Below, one piece after another: positions 8,654-16,748 of a stretch of DNA of 42,679 bases. A program made the position numbers and the translations under genes. The stretch's first letter is position 1. Every line of letters starts with the position of its first letter. Origin of the DNA: Clostridia bacterium (lineage in GTDB: Bacteria > Bacillota > Clostridia > Christensenellales > Aristaeellaceae); the NCBI GenBank assembly GCA_017480045.1, contig JAFVBK010000051.1, forward strand, positions 1-42,679, in the 5' to 3' direction. The notes beneath the pieces were generated by a model, which saw only the letters and a program-made list of their open reading frames with translations, did not search any database and was not told the DNA's origin.

Positions 8654-9130
8654 ATGGCGGAGTTTGACAGGGATTTCCTGATCGGATGCGGATTGTCTGA
8701 GGATCAGGCGGAGACCGTGCTGGCGGCGCACGACGCGGCGCTGGCTGGGTTCGTGCCGAGGGAAGAGGTGCAGCGGCAGATTGACGCGGCGCTGGCGGAG
8801 GCAACGAAGGGCGCGGAAGCCGGGGATTACGAGGCGCTGCTGGCGGAGCGCGATATGCTGCGGGCCATCGGCGGCGAGGACTTTGAGGACGTGAAGCCGA
8901 AGTTTCGCGAGCAGGTGTACGCGCTGCTGGATCGCGGAAGCCGGGCGCGACCGGTGGCCGAGCAGCTGTCGGCGATTCGGGAGAGATACGAGGAGTACTT
9001 CATTTCGGAAGCGCGCCCCGCGCGGATGCCGCGATTTGGCGGGCCTACGCATGGCAGCATGCCCAGGGGCGCGCTCGGCGCGGCAGACCAGTTCAGCCAG
9101 GCATGGGGCTTTGCGCCCCGGCAGCGATGA
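8654..9130 (+). CDS. Capsid scaffolding protein
   Basis: 158 aa, helical and acidic, lying between the portal and capsid genes. Strong RBS AAGGAGG. Confidence 0.65.
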   Translation: MAEFDRDFLIGCGLSEDQAETVLAAHDAALAGFVPREEVQRQIDAALAEATKGAEAGDYEALLAERDMLRAIGGEDFEDVKPKFREQVYALLDRGSRARPVAEQLSAIRERYEEYFISEARPARMPRFGGPTHGSMPRGALGAADQFSQAWGFAPRQR

Positions 9131-9182
9131 ATCCATAAGCGGCGCGCGCCGCATGGAAATAGAGTGAAGAGAGGATGATTGT

Positions 9183-10079
9183 ATGGCATTCACCAAGCAG
9201 AACGTGAACTATGCGGCGGACTACAGCCGCGCAATGGCGGACGCCTATCCGTATCTCTCCTACTTCGGGGAGATTTGGGGAGCGAACAGCGCCAACCTGT
9301 ATAAGCCCGGCATGGGAAGCACCATGTACATTCCCAGCCTGACCACCTCCGGCGCGCGGGCGACCAACCGCGATCAGGTGACCGGCACGTTCAACCGCAA
9401 CTGGAACAACAGCGTGCAGGCCGTGAACCTTGAGATGGACCGGGAATGGGATACGCTGGTGGACCCGATGGACATGGACGAGACGGATATGGTGGCGACC
9501 ATCGCGAATGTGACCAAGGCCTTTACCGAGCAGCAGAAGGTGCCGGAGATGGACGCCTACCTGGCGTCGAAGCTGTACAGCTTTGTAGTCCCGGATACCA
9601 CCGCGCTGACCACGGATAACATTCTGACCCGGTGGGACGGCTACCTGGAGGCGCTGGCGAACGCCCGCGCGAATCGCGACCGCGTGTGGGCCTACATGAC
9701 CCCGGCGACCTATCGGCTGCTGAAGGAGGCGGCGGGCATCACCCGCTTTGTGGACGCGGGCAGCGCCGAGCGCAGCGTAGACCGCAATGTGGCGCGTCTG
9801 GACGGCGTGAACATTCGAGAGGTGCCTGAAGATCTGATGAAGTCGGCCTACGATTTTGCCGAGGGCTGGACGCCCGCCGCCGACGCCGCGCAGATCAATA
9901 TGATCCTGGTGGACCCGGAGGCGGTGGCCGCGCCGGTGAAATATGAAGTGGCGATGATGTCTGAGCCAACGGCCCAGAGCAAGGGCAAGTACCTGTACTA
10001 CGAGCGCTACTACTACGGCGCGTTCAAGCTGAACAACCGCGCGGGCGGCATCATCGTGAACGCCGCTACGGTCGACTGA
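9183..10079 (+). CDS. Major capsid protein
   Basis: 298 aa, directly after the scaffold gene. Called by position and size; the family was not identified by eye. Confidence 0.75.
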   Translation: MAFTKQNVNYAADYSRAMADAYPYLSYFGEIWGANSANLYKPGMGSTMYIPSLTTSGARATNRDQVTGTFNRNWNNSVQAVNLEMDREWDTLVDPMDMDETDMVATIANVTKAFTEQQKVPEMDAYLASKLYSFVVPDTTALTTDNILTRWDGYLEALANARANRDRVWAYMTPATYRLLKEAAGITRFVDAGSAERSVDRNVARLDGVNIREVPEDLMKSAYDFAEGWTPAADAAQINMILVDPEAVAAPVKYEVAMMSEPTAQSKGKYLYYERYYYGAFKLNNRAGGIIVNAATVD

Positions 10080-10096
10080 TTCGGAGGGCTTGAAGC

Positions 10097-10486
10097 ATGG
10101 CGCGATATCTGACCTATGAAGAGTACCTCTCTCGTGGCGGCACGTTGGGAGAGACGGATTTCGGCGCCTGCGAGCTGCGGGCGCGCAAACGCATTGACTC
10201 GCTCACCTACTGCCGCGTGCGAGGAATGGCTGAGACGCCTGAGGCGGTGAAGACCGCCATGATGTCCGCCATTGAAGCGGTTTTCGCCTACGGCGTGAAC
10301 GCTTTGGCGGCGGCACCGCCGCTGGCGGCCTTTACCGCGGACGGCTATTCGGAGAGCTATCAGAGCGCGCAAGAGCGCTCGGAGGCAGTGGATAAGGCGC
10401 TGAAGCGCGAAATTGAAGCGCTGCTTGCGGGCGTGACGGACGACGCCGGCGTGCCGCTGACCTACGCGGGGGTGAAATGTCTATGA
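10097..10486 (+). CDS. Head-tail connector / adaptor protein
   Basis: 129 aa directly after the capsid gene, RBS GGAGGG. Called by position. Confidence 0.55.
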   Translation: MARYLTYEEYLSRGGTLGETDFGACELRARKRIDSLTYCRVRGMAETPEAVKTAMMSAIEAVFAYGVNALAAAPPLAAFTADGYSESYQSAQERSEAVDKALKREIEALLAGVTDDAGVPLTYAGVKCL

Positions 10487-10593
10487 ACGGCAGGGAAGAA
10501 CGGACGCCGGCCGAGGCGCTCCTTCGCGACGCGATGTACAAAGGCCGGTATGTCTGCTGCCCGGCGGGGCCGAGGAGGCGGGGCGAGAGATGA
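10483..10593 (+). CDS. 36-aa micro-ORF, apparently translationally coupled to both neighbours
   Basis: ATGA start/stop overlaps at both ends (10483 and 10590). Peptide MNGREERTPAEALLRDAMYKGRYVCCPAGPRRRGER. It fills the only gap in the connector region. Confidence 0.35.
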   Translation: MNGREERTPAEALLRDAMYKGRYVCCPAGPRRRGER

Positions 10594-11003
10594 AGCTGTG
10601 CGGCGAGACCATTACGCTGTTCAATGCGCGTCAGAACGGCGATACGGGCGGACAGATATATATGCCGACGGTTATCGTGGGATGCGCGTGGCGTCGCGGG
10701 CAGCGGGCGGAGCTGGATCCGAAGGGCGGGCTAATGGCGGCGGATGAATACGTCGTGAGAATCCCCGTGGACGCGGATTTCGGCGGCAAACACTACGCCG
10801 ATCCCATCACCTGGCGACAGGGAGGGGCGGAGAACGGCTTTACGTTGCAGCGCGGCGATATTGTGGCGCGCGGCGCGGTCAAGGGTGAAGGCTGGACGCC
10901 CTCCAAGCTGAAGGCGGCCTGCGCGGATTGCTTTACCGTGCTGGGTGTGACCGACAACCGGCGCGCGCCGCACGGCGCGCATTGGCGGCTCGTTGGAACG
11001 TAG
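10590..11003 (+). CDS. Head closure / head-tail joining protein
   Basis: 137 aa, called by position between the adaptor and tail genes. Confidence 0.5.
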   Translation: MKLCGETITLFNARQNGDTGGQIYMPTVIVGCAWRRGQRAELDPKGGLMAADEYVVRIPVDADFGGKHYADPITWRQGGAENGFTLQRGDIVARGAVKGEGWTPSKLKAACADCFTVLGVTDNRRAPHGAHWRLVGT

Positions 11004-11023
11004 GCGAGCAGAGGGAGGAAATT

Positions 11024-11458
11024 ATGCCGCGAAGCAATAATGCCGGAGCGCTGCGAAATTGGCTGCGGGAATGCCCGGAGATCGCCAGGGGAAATGCCTT
11101 CGGCGTGGATTACCTGGGGGATGCGCCAGGAAGCTATGCGCTGAGCAGCGTGCCCTCAGAGCTGAAATACAGGGAGAACATCCTGGGCAGAGCCTTGCTT
11201 CAGACCAGACAGAGGCAGGAATACTGGTTGGATGCTCGCGCTCCCTATGGGGCGGACGCGAATCAGAACCTGGATAACCTGGCGTTTTTCCAAGCGGTGG
11301 CGCGCTGGATGCAGGCGCAAAACGACGCGGGTCGATTTCCGGAATGGGAAGGTGGGCGCGTGGTGGCGATACTGCCTGTGCTGAGCGCCGCGCCGGAGAA
11401 CGCAGGCGGCGACGCCGCGCGGTATCGGATTCGGATTCGCGTGGAATTCGAGATATGA
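11024..11458 (+). CDS. Tail completion / tail terminator-like structural protein
   Basis: ATG at 11024 preceded by GAGGGAGG. The upstream part of the 10928 track ORF overlaps the previous gene. Called by position. Confidence 0.5.
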   Translation: MPRSNNAGALRNWLRECPEIARGNAFGVDYLGDAPGSYALSSVPSELKYRENILGRALLQTRQRQEYWLDARAPYGADANQNLDNLAFFQAVARWMQAQNDAGRFPEWEGGRVVAILPVLSAAPENAGGDAARYRIRIRVEFEI

Positions 11459-11508
11459 ACGCCGAAAGGCGGGTAGAGAGTTGAACATCATCAACGGGAG
11501 GGATTTAT

Positions 11509-12021
11509 ATGTCTGAAAACATTACCGGCAAGATCGCGAGAAAGTACATGGCGCACTTCCTGGACAGCAGCTTCGGCGGCGCGACGCCCAGCTGGTACAG
11601 GATCGGCGAGGACCTGGAGGAGTTCAGCGTGGCGCTGAACCCCGATACCGAACAGAAGAAGAACATCCTGGGCAACAGCACCTTTGTCCATAACGGCTAC
11701 GAGATCAGCGCGGACGCGGAGCCCTTCTTCGCTCGCGTGGGCGATCCGCTGTTTGAGAAGCTACAGGGCATCATTGATACTCAGGCCACTGACGATGGCT
11801 GCAAGACCTTCGCGCTGGAGGTGCATCTGTGGGAGAATGGCAGCGCGGAGGGCGGCACCTTTGTGGCCTATCGCCAGCCCTGCTACGTGGTGCCGACGAG
11901 CTATGGCGGAGACACCAGCGGCTATCAGATTCCGTTTACCATCAGCTATGTGGGCGACAAGGTGAAGGGCGAGTTCACCCCGGCCAGCGGCAATACGCCG
12001 GCCAGCTTCGTGGCGGACTGA
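11509..12021 (+). CDS. Major tail (tube) protein
   Basis: 170 aa, strong RBS GGGAGGG, located before the chaperone and tape measure genes. The sequence looks like siphovirus major tail proteins. Confidence 0.75.
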   Translation: MSENITGKIARKYMAHFLDSSFGGATPSWYRIGEDLEEFSVALNPDTEQKKNILGNSTFVHNGYEISADAEPFFARVGDPLFEKLQGIIDTQATDDGCKTFALEVHLWENGSAEGGTFVAYRQPCYVVPTSYGGDTSGYQIPFTISYVGDKVKGEFTPASGNTPASFVAD

Positions 12022-12078
12022 CGACGCTTTGCGGCGGGGGAGCTTGCTCCCCCGCCATGATGAAGAAGGGAGGCAGCT

Positions 12079-12534
12079 ATGACTGAGAAGATCAAGAAGA
12101 GCGCCGCAATACCGGCGATTACTGTGGACGATGGCAGCCGTCGCGTTCCGATACACAACATTCACGGCGAGGAGATCGGCGTGTTTTATTTCCACCCGAC
12201 GGATATCGGCATCATCGAGCGCTACAACCACATGGTGGATGGTTTTGACGAGATCACAAGGCCCCTTGAACGGTTCAGCGGCGACGCGGACGATGCCGCT
12301 CAGGCAGAGGCGCTGCGCGAGGCTGAGAAGCGACTGCGCGAGGCTGTGAACGGGCTGTTTGGCGGCGATGCCGCGGGCGCTTTTTTCGGCGGTATGCACC
12401 CCTTTAGCCCGGTGGGGGGCGCTTTCTATTGCGAATCGGTGCTGAAGGCCGTGGGGCAGTATATCTCCGAGCAATTTGACGCCGAGACGGCGAAGTTCTC
12501 CAGCCGCGCGGCCAAATATCTGAAGGACGCATAA
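12079..12534 (+). CDS. Tail assembly chaperone
   Basis: 151 aa acidic protein between the tube and tape measure genes, RBS GGGAGG. Confidence 0.6.
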   Translation: MTEKIKKSAAIPAITVDDGSRRVPIHNIHGEEIGVFYFHPTDIGIIERYNHMVDGFDEITRPLERFSGDADDAAQAEALREAEKRLREAVNGLFGGDAAGAFFGGMHPFSPVGGAFYCESVLKAVGQYISEQFDAETAKFSSRAAKYLKDA

Positions 12535-12542
12535 AGCGCCCG

Positions 12543-13130
12543 ATGCTGGAGGCGAGAGCATTGAGCTACGAGCTGCCGCAGGCGCTGGAGGTGAGCGGCC
12601 GCGATTGGGCGATTCGCGCCGACTATCGGGAGATACTGAAGATCCTGGCGGCCTTTGACGACCCGGATTTGACGGACGCGGAGAAGGCGTATGTATGCTT
12701 ACATAACCTTTACGCGAATTTTGAGGACATGCCTGAGGCGGATTATCCGGAAGCTTTTCAAGCCGCGGCGGCCTTTATTGACCACGGCGCGGGCGGATCG
12801 GGCGCGGGCCCGCGCACAGTGGATTGGGAGAGGGACGCGCCGCTGCTGTTTCCGGCGGTGAACCGCGTGGCGGGCTACGAGGTGCGCGGCGCGGCATTTC
12901 TGCACTGGTGGACGTTCCTGGGAATGTTTATGGAGATTCGGGATTCGGTGTATGCTACAGTGCTGGCTCTCCGGCAAAAGAGGGCCAGAGGCGAAAAGCT
13001 GGAGAAGTGGGAAAGGGACTTTTGGCATCGCAATGCCGGAATTTGCCAGCTGAAGCCGCGGTTGACCGAACTGGAACAGGCGGAGAAAGCCCGGCTGACG
13101 GAGCTGTTGGGCGGCGTGCGGTCGCTTTGA
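12543..13130 (+). CDS. Phage Gp15-family protein (second tail-assembly protein)
   Basis: N-terminus resembles the Pfam Phage_Gp15 family as I recall it (ALEVSGRDWAIRADYREILKILAAFDDPDLTDAEK). It is a separate ORF, not a frameshift product. Confidence 0.6.
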   Translation: MLEARALSYELPQALEVSGRDWAIRADYREILKILAAFDDPDLTDAEKAYVCLHNLYANFEDMPEADYPEAFQAAAAFIDHGAGGSGAGPRTVDWERDAPLLFPAVNRVAGYEVRGAAFLHWWTFLGMFMEIRDSVYATVLALRQKRARGEKLEKWERDFWHRNAGICQLKPRLTELEQAEKARLTELLGGVRSL

Positions 13131-13165
13131 GACAGGACGAATGACGGATGAAAGGAGGCGGTTTC

Positions 13166-16100
13166 GTGGCGAGAAATTCGGGCGGCGCGATCGTTATTGA
13201 CGCGCTGTTGGGCGACGGCGATTTTATGGCGGATGCCAAGCGGATGGCCGAGGCGGCGCGTTCGCTGAACGGCGCGACAAAGCGCCTCGGTGGGCAGATG
13301 CGCGCGACCTCGGCCGGGTATATCAGCGCCGTCGGAAAGACTGTGCGCGCGGTTGAGACGCTGCGAGACGAGCAGCTGGCGGCGTTTGGCGATACGGCGA
13401 AGGCCTGGGAGAGCGCACGCACGCGGATGAACGGGTTGAGCGCCTCGCTGGGCGAGCTGAAGCGGAGCGCGAGAGATGCCTTTGTGCCGATTTTGACGGC
13501 GGCGGCGCCGACTTTGACGACGCTGACCAATTTACTGTCGACGGCGGTCAGGGGCGTGGGCGCGTTTATGGCCGCGATGACGGGTCAGAACGCCTTTTTA
13601 CGAGCGACGAGCGCTCAGAAGGCATACGCCGGGAGCCTTCAGGGAACAGCGCGCGCGGCCAGGGCGCTCAGGAGACAGCTGGCGAGCTTTGACGAGCTGG
13701 ACATTTTGCGGGATGCCGGCGGAGACTCTGGGGCAAATGGCGGCGCTGTCGGCTTGGAGGAGCTGGCGGGAAAGCTTACGATGATTCCGGTAGACGCGGG
13801 AATCCTGGATTTTGCGCAGCGGTTGAAGCGGCTGTTTGCGGCGGGTGATTACGACGGCGTTGGGCGCGCGATCGCGGATGGGCTGAACGGCGCCATCGAG
13901 AGGGCGCGGGAGCTGATCCGCTGGGAGAACCTGGGCGAAAGCGTGAAAAAGGCGGTCGACGGCTTCTGCGCGGCGTTCAACGGCCTGCTGGGCGGGGTGC
14001 GCTGGGCGGAGGTCGGCGGCGCGTTGGGCGACGGCATCGACACGCTGATTCGCACGGCGAACCGGCTGCTTTCGGGCATCGACTTCGCGGGCGTGGGCGC
14101 GGCCATCGCCGACGGACTGAGCGGCGCGATCGGGGAGATCGACTTTGACATGCTGGGCGAGACGCTGAGCCGTCTGTTGACCGCAAAGCTGGTAGTAGCG
14201 GCGAACGCCTTGGGCAGCTTCGACTGGCAGCGCTTTGGAGGAAGGCTGGCGGAGGGCCTTGGCGGCTTTTTGCGGACCACTGCGGACGTGCTGGACGATA
14301 TCGACTGGGCGGATTTGGCGTTGACGCTGACGCGGGGACTGAATCGATTTGTCGCGGACGTCGATTGGAGCGGGGTTGGCGCGTTTTTGGGCAAGCGGCT
14401 GAGCGACGCGCTGGGAGCGCTGCGCGTTGCGGTGAGCGCCTTTGAATGGAGCGAAGCCGGCGCGGCACTGTCGAAGGCGGTGAACGGTCTGGTTCACAAG
14501 GTGGACTGGGAGGCGCTGGGGCAATGGCTTGATCGAACGATCAAGGGCGTTTTGGATTTTGGCATTCGCTTTGTGCAGGACTTCGACGCGGACGGCTTCG
14601 GCGCGGGCATCGCCAAAGCGCTGGACGAGGTGGACTGGGACGGCATTGCCGGGCGGCTATGGACGCTGCTTTCGACGGCGATGATGAAGCTGGGCGGCAT
14701 CGGGCAGCTGCTGAACCTTGGCGGCGGATCGCTGGATGGTCTGCGCCTGGGCGGCGGGCAGACGGATCGGACGCAGGCGAATGTGAGCGTGCGGCTGGTA
14801 AAGCGCGGCTGGACGAGCATCGACGCGTTTGTGGGGACGGCGGTGAAGGTATCCACAAGCCTGGGCAAGGCCAATTGGACGACGATTTCAGACTATGTGG
14901 GCACGGTGGTTCGCGTGCTGACCTCGCTGGAGAGGCAGGGCTGGAGCAGTATCGCCGCCTTTGTGGGCGACAGAGTGACGGCGATGGTGGATCTGGCGAA
15001 GAACGGGTGGAGCAGCCTGGCTGGCTTTGTGGGAGACACCGTGTCCGTTAAAACGGGCCTGTTGAAGCAGGGCTGGAGCAGCATCGGCGAGTTTGTGGGC
15101 GATCTCGTCAATGTCAAGACGGGGTTGCAGAAGTACGGCTGGACGACCATCACCGACTTTGTTGGCGAGTTTTCCGAGGTTAAGGCGATATTGCGGCGCT
15201 GGGGCTGGAGCAGCATTTCTGACTTTGTGGGCGACGCTGTGTCCGTCAAGACGGATTTGCAGAAAAATGGCTGGAGCAGCATCGCTGATTTTGTGGGCGA
15301 CGCGGTATCGGTGTGGACGCAGCTGCGGCGCAACGGTTGGGACAGCATCGCCGGTTTTGTGGGCGACGAGGTGTCGGTGTGGACGGAGCTTGTGAAGTGG
15401 GGATGGACAAGCATTTCAGGCTTCGTGGGCGATTCCCTCTCCGTATGGACCTCTCTGAAAAAATCAAACTGGAGTTCTCTGGCTGATTTTGTGGGGACTT
15501 CAATAACGGCGAAGGTTACGTTGGTCGCCGACAAGGTGAACAAGATCTCGGCACAGGTTGCGCAGGTGCTGGGGCTGGCGACCGGCGGCGTCATTACGGC
15601 GGGGGGCGGCGTCAGGCGCTTTGCCTCCGGCGGCACGATTATGAACAGCGGGCGCGCCAGCTGGTGGAGCGGAGTGCAAAAGTACGCAAGCGGCACGGGA
15701 CGGGCGCACGGCACGATGTTCGTGGCGGGCGAAGCCGGACCGGAGATCGTGGGCCATGTGAACGGCAGGACGGAGATTTTGAACAAATCCCAGATAGCCC
15801 AGGCGATTTATGGGGCGGTGGTGGCCGGCATGGCGCAGGCCGTCAACGCGCTGGGCCGGTTTGTGGCCGCGCGTATGGCGACGTATACCAACGCGCTGAT
15901 CGGCGGCATCGCGGCGCTTCATCCGATGGGAACGGACGCGGCGCTGTCAAGGCGGTTGTCCGCGATTGCAAATACGGTGGCCTTTGCGCCGCCGGCGGTG
16001 GCCGCCGGTTCGGTGGTGCCCTATGAGATCGCGCTGCAGCAGTCGCGAATCAGAGATGGGCTGCAGAGCACGCTGGACGCGAACAACGCGGATTTGATAC

Positions 16101-16264
16101 AGACGATCATCAGTGTGATTGGCGCGCAGACGTCGGCCATCGTGGCGGCGGTGAACGGCTTGCAGGGCGATAGGGCCGAGGGCGGTCTCTCCGCGCAGCG
16201 CGTTATAGACGAGATCAACCGACGGACGCAGATGTTTTCCGCGTCGCCGCTGAAGGGGGTATAG
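13166..16264 (+). CDS. Tail tape measure protein
   Basis: About 1030 aa, Ala/Gly-rich and helical, with W/F-containing internal repeats. GTG 13166 follows AGGAGG by 7 nt; the track start ATG 13148 is the alternative. Confidence 0.9.
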   Translation: MARNSGGAIVIDALLGDGDFMADAKRMAEAARSLNGATKRLGGQMRATSAGYISAVGKTVRAVETLRDEQLAAFGDTAKAWESARTRMNGLSASLGELKRSARDAFVPILTAAAPTLTTLTNLLSTAVRGVGAFMAAMTGQNAFLRATSAQKAYAGSLQGTARAARALRRQLASFDELDILRDAGGDSGANGGAVGLEELAGKLTMIPVDAGILDFAQRLKRLFAAGDYDGVGRAIADGLNGAIERARELIRWENLGESVKKAVDGFCAAFNGLLGGVRWAEVGGALGDGIDTLIRTANRLLSGIDFAGVGAAIADGLSGAIGEIDFDMLGETLSRLLTAKLVVAANALGSFDWQRFGGRLAEGLGGFLRTTADVLDDIDWADLALTLTRGLNRFVADVDWSGVGAFLGKRLSDALGALRVAVSAFEWSEAGAALSKAVNGLVHKVDWEALGQWLDRTIKGVLDFGIRFVQDFDADGFGAGIAKALDEVDWDGIAGRLWTLLSTAMMKLGGIGQLLNLGGGSLDGLRLGGGQTDRTQANVSVRLVKRGWTSIDAFVGTAVKVSTSLGKANWTTISDYVGTVVRVLTSLERQGWSSIAAFVGDRVTAMVDLAKNGWSSLAGFVGDTVSVKTGLLKQGWSSIGEFVGDLVNVKTGLQKYGWTTITDFVGEFSEVKAILRRWGWSSISDFVGDAVSVKTDLQKNGWSSIADFVGDAVSVWTQLRRNGWDSIAGFVGDEVSVWTELVKWGWTSISGFVGDSLSVWTSLKKSNWSSLADFVGTSITAKVTLVADKVNKISAQVAQVLGLATGGVITAGGGVRRFASGGTIMNSGRASWWSGVQKYASGTGRAHGTMFVAGEAGPEIVGHVNGRTEILNKSQIAQAIYGAVVAGMAQAVNALGRFVAARMATYTNALIGGIAALHPMGTDAALSRRLSAIANTVAFAPPAVAAGSVVPYEIALQQSRIRDGLQSTLDANNADLIQTIISVIGAQTSAIVAAVNGLQGDRAEGGLSAQRVIDEINRRTQMFSASPLKGV
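14801..15526 (+). repeat. In-frame tandem repeat inside the tape measure gene: 11 x 66 bp (22 aa, consensus K.GWSSI.DFVGD.VSV.T.L.)
   Basis: Counted directly from the translation. Every unit is exactly 22 aa with an invariant W4, F10, V11, G12. Confidence 0.9.
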
Positions 16265-16267
16265 GCA

Positions 16268-16642
16268 ATGGCAAAGCCCGTGTTGATCATCAACGGCCAC
16301 GATTACGCGGCCTATGTGGAGGAACTGAGCCCTTCCAGAAACGACCTGGACGCGGACGGCAGCGGGCGCGACGTGCAGACGGGATTGATGTATCGCACCC
16401 GCATCGCCGTCAAACAAAAGTGGGAGGTGAAGCTGCTGCGCCTGACGGAGGCGGTGCACCGGCAGCTCCTGACCGATATCTCCGGGACCTATTACGACGC
16501 GACAGTGCTGGACCCGACCACGGGACAGCGAAGCAGGCGGACGTTTTACACATCCTCGGTACCCTTCGGCGCGCAGCGCTACGACAGGGAGACCGGCGCG
16601 CCGGTGTACGACGGGATGAGCTTTAGCATGACTGAACGCTGA
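16268..16642 (+). CDS. Distal tail protein (Dit-like, short form)
   Basis: 124 aa immediately after the tape measure gene, RBS AAGGGGG. Called by position. Confidence 0.55.
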   Translation: MAKPVLIINGHDYAAYVEELSPSRNDLDADGSGRDVQTGLMYRTRIAVKQKWEVKLLRLTEAVHRQLLTDISGTYYDATVLDPTTGQRSRRTFYTSSVPFGAQRYDRETGAPVYDGMSFSMTER

Positions 16643-16748
16643 CGCGAAGCGTCAACTGATGGCGCAAGCGCAGGGCAAAGCCCAAGACGCGCCTGAAGCC
16701 CGCGAGCAAGCGAGATCGAGGCGCGGGGCGAAAAGGGGGGGAAGGACG

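Noticed and set aside
12079-13130. Programmed -1 frameshift (gpG/gpGT-type) in the tail chaperone genes
   Set aside because: The first ORF ends with a clean TAA. The second starts 8 nt later at its own ATG in a separate ORF resembling the Gp15 family. I saw no slippery heptamer near the junction.
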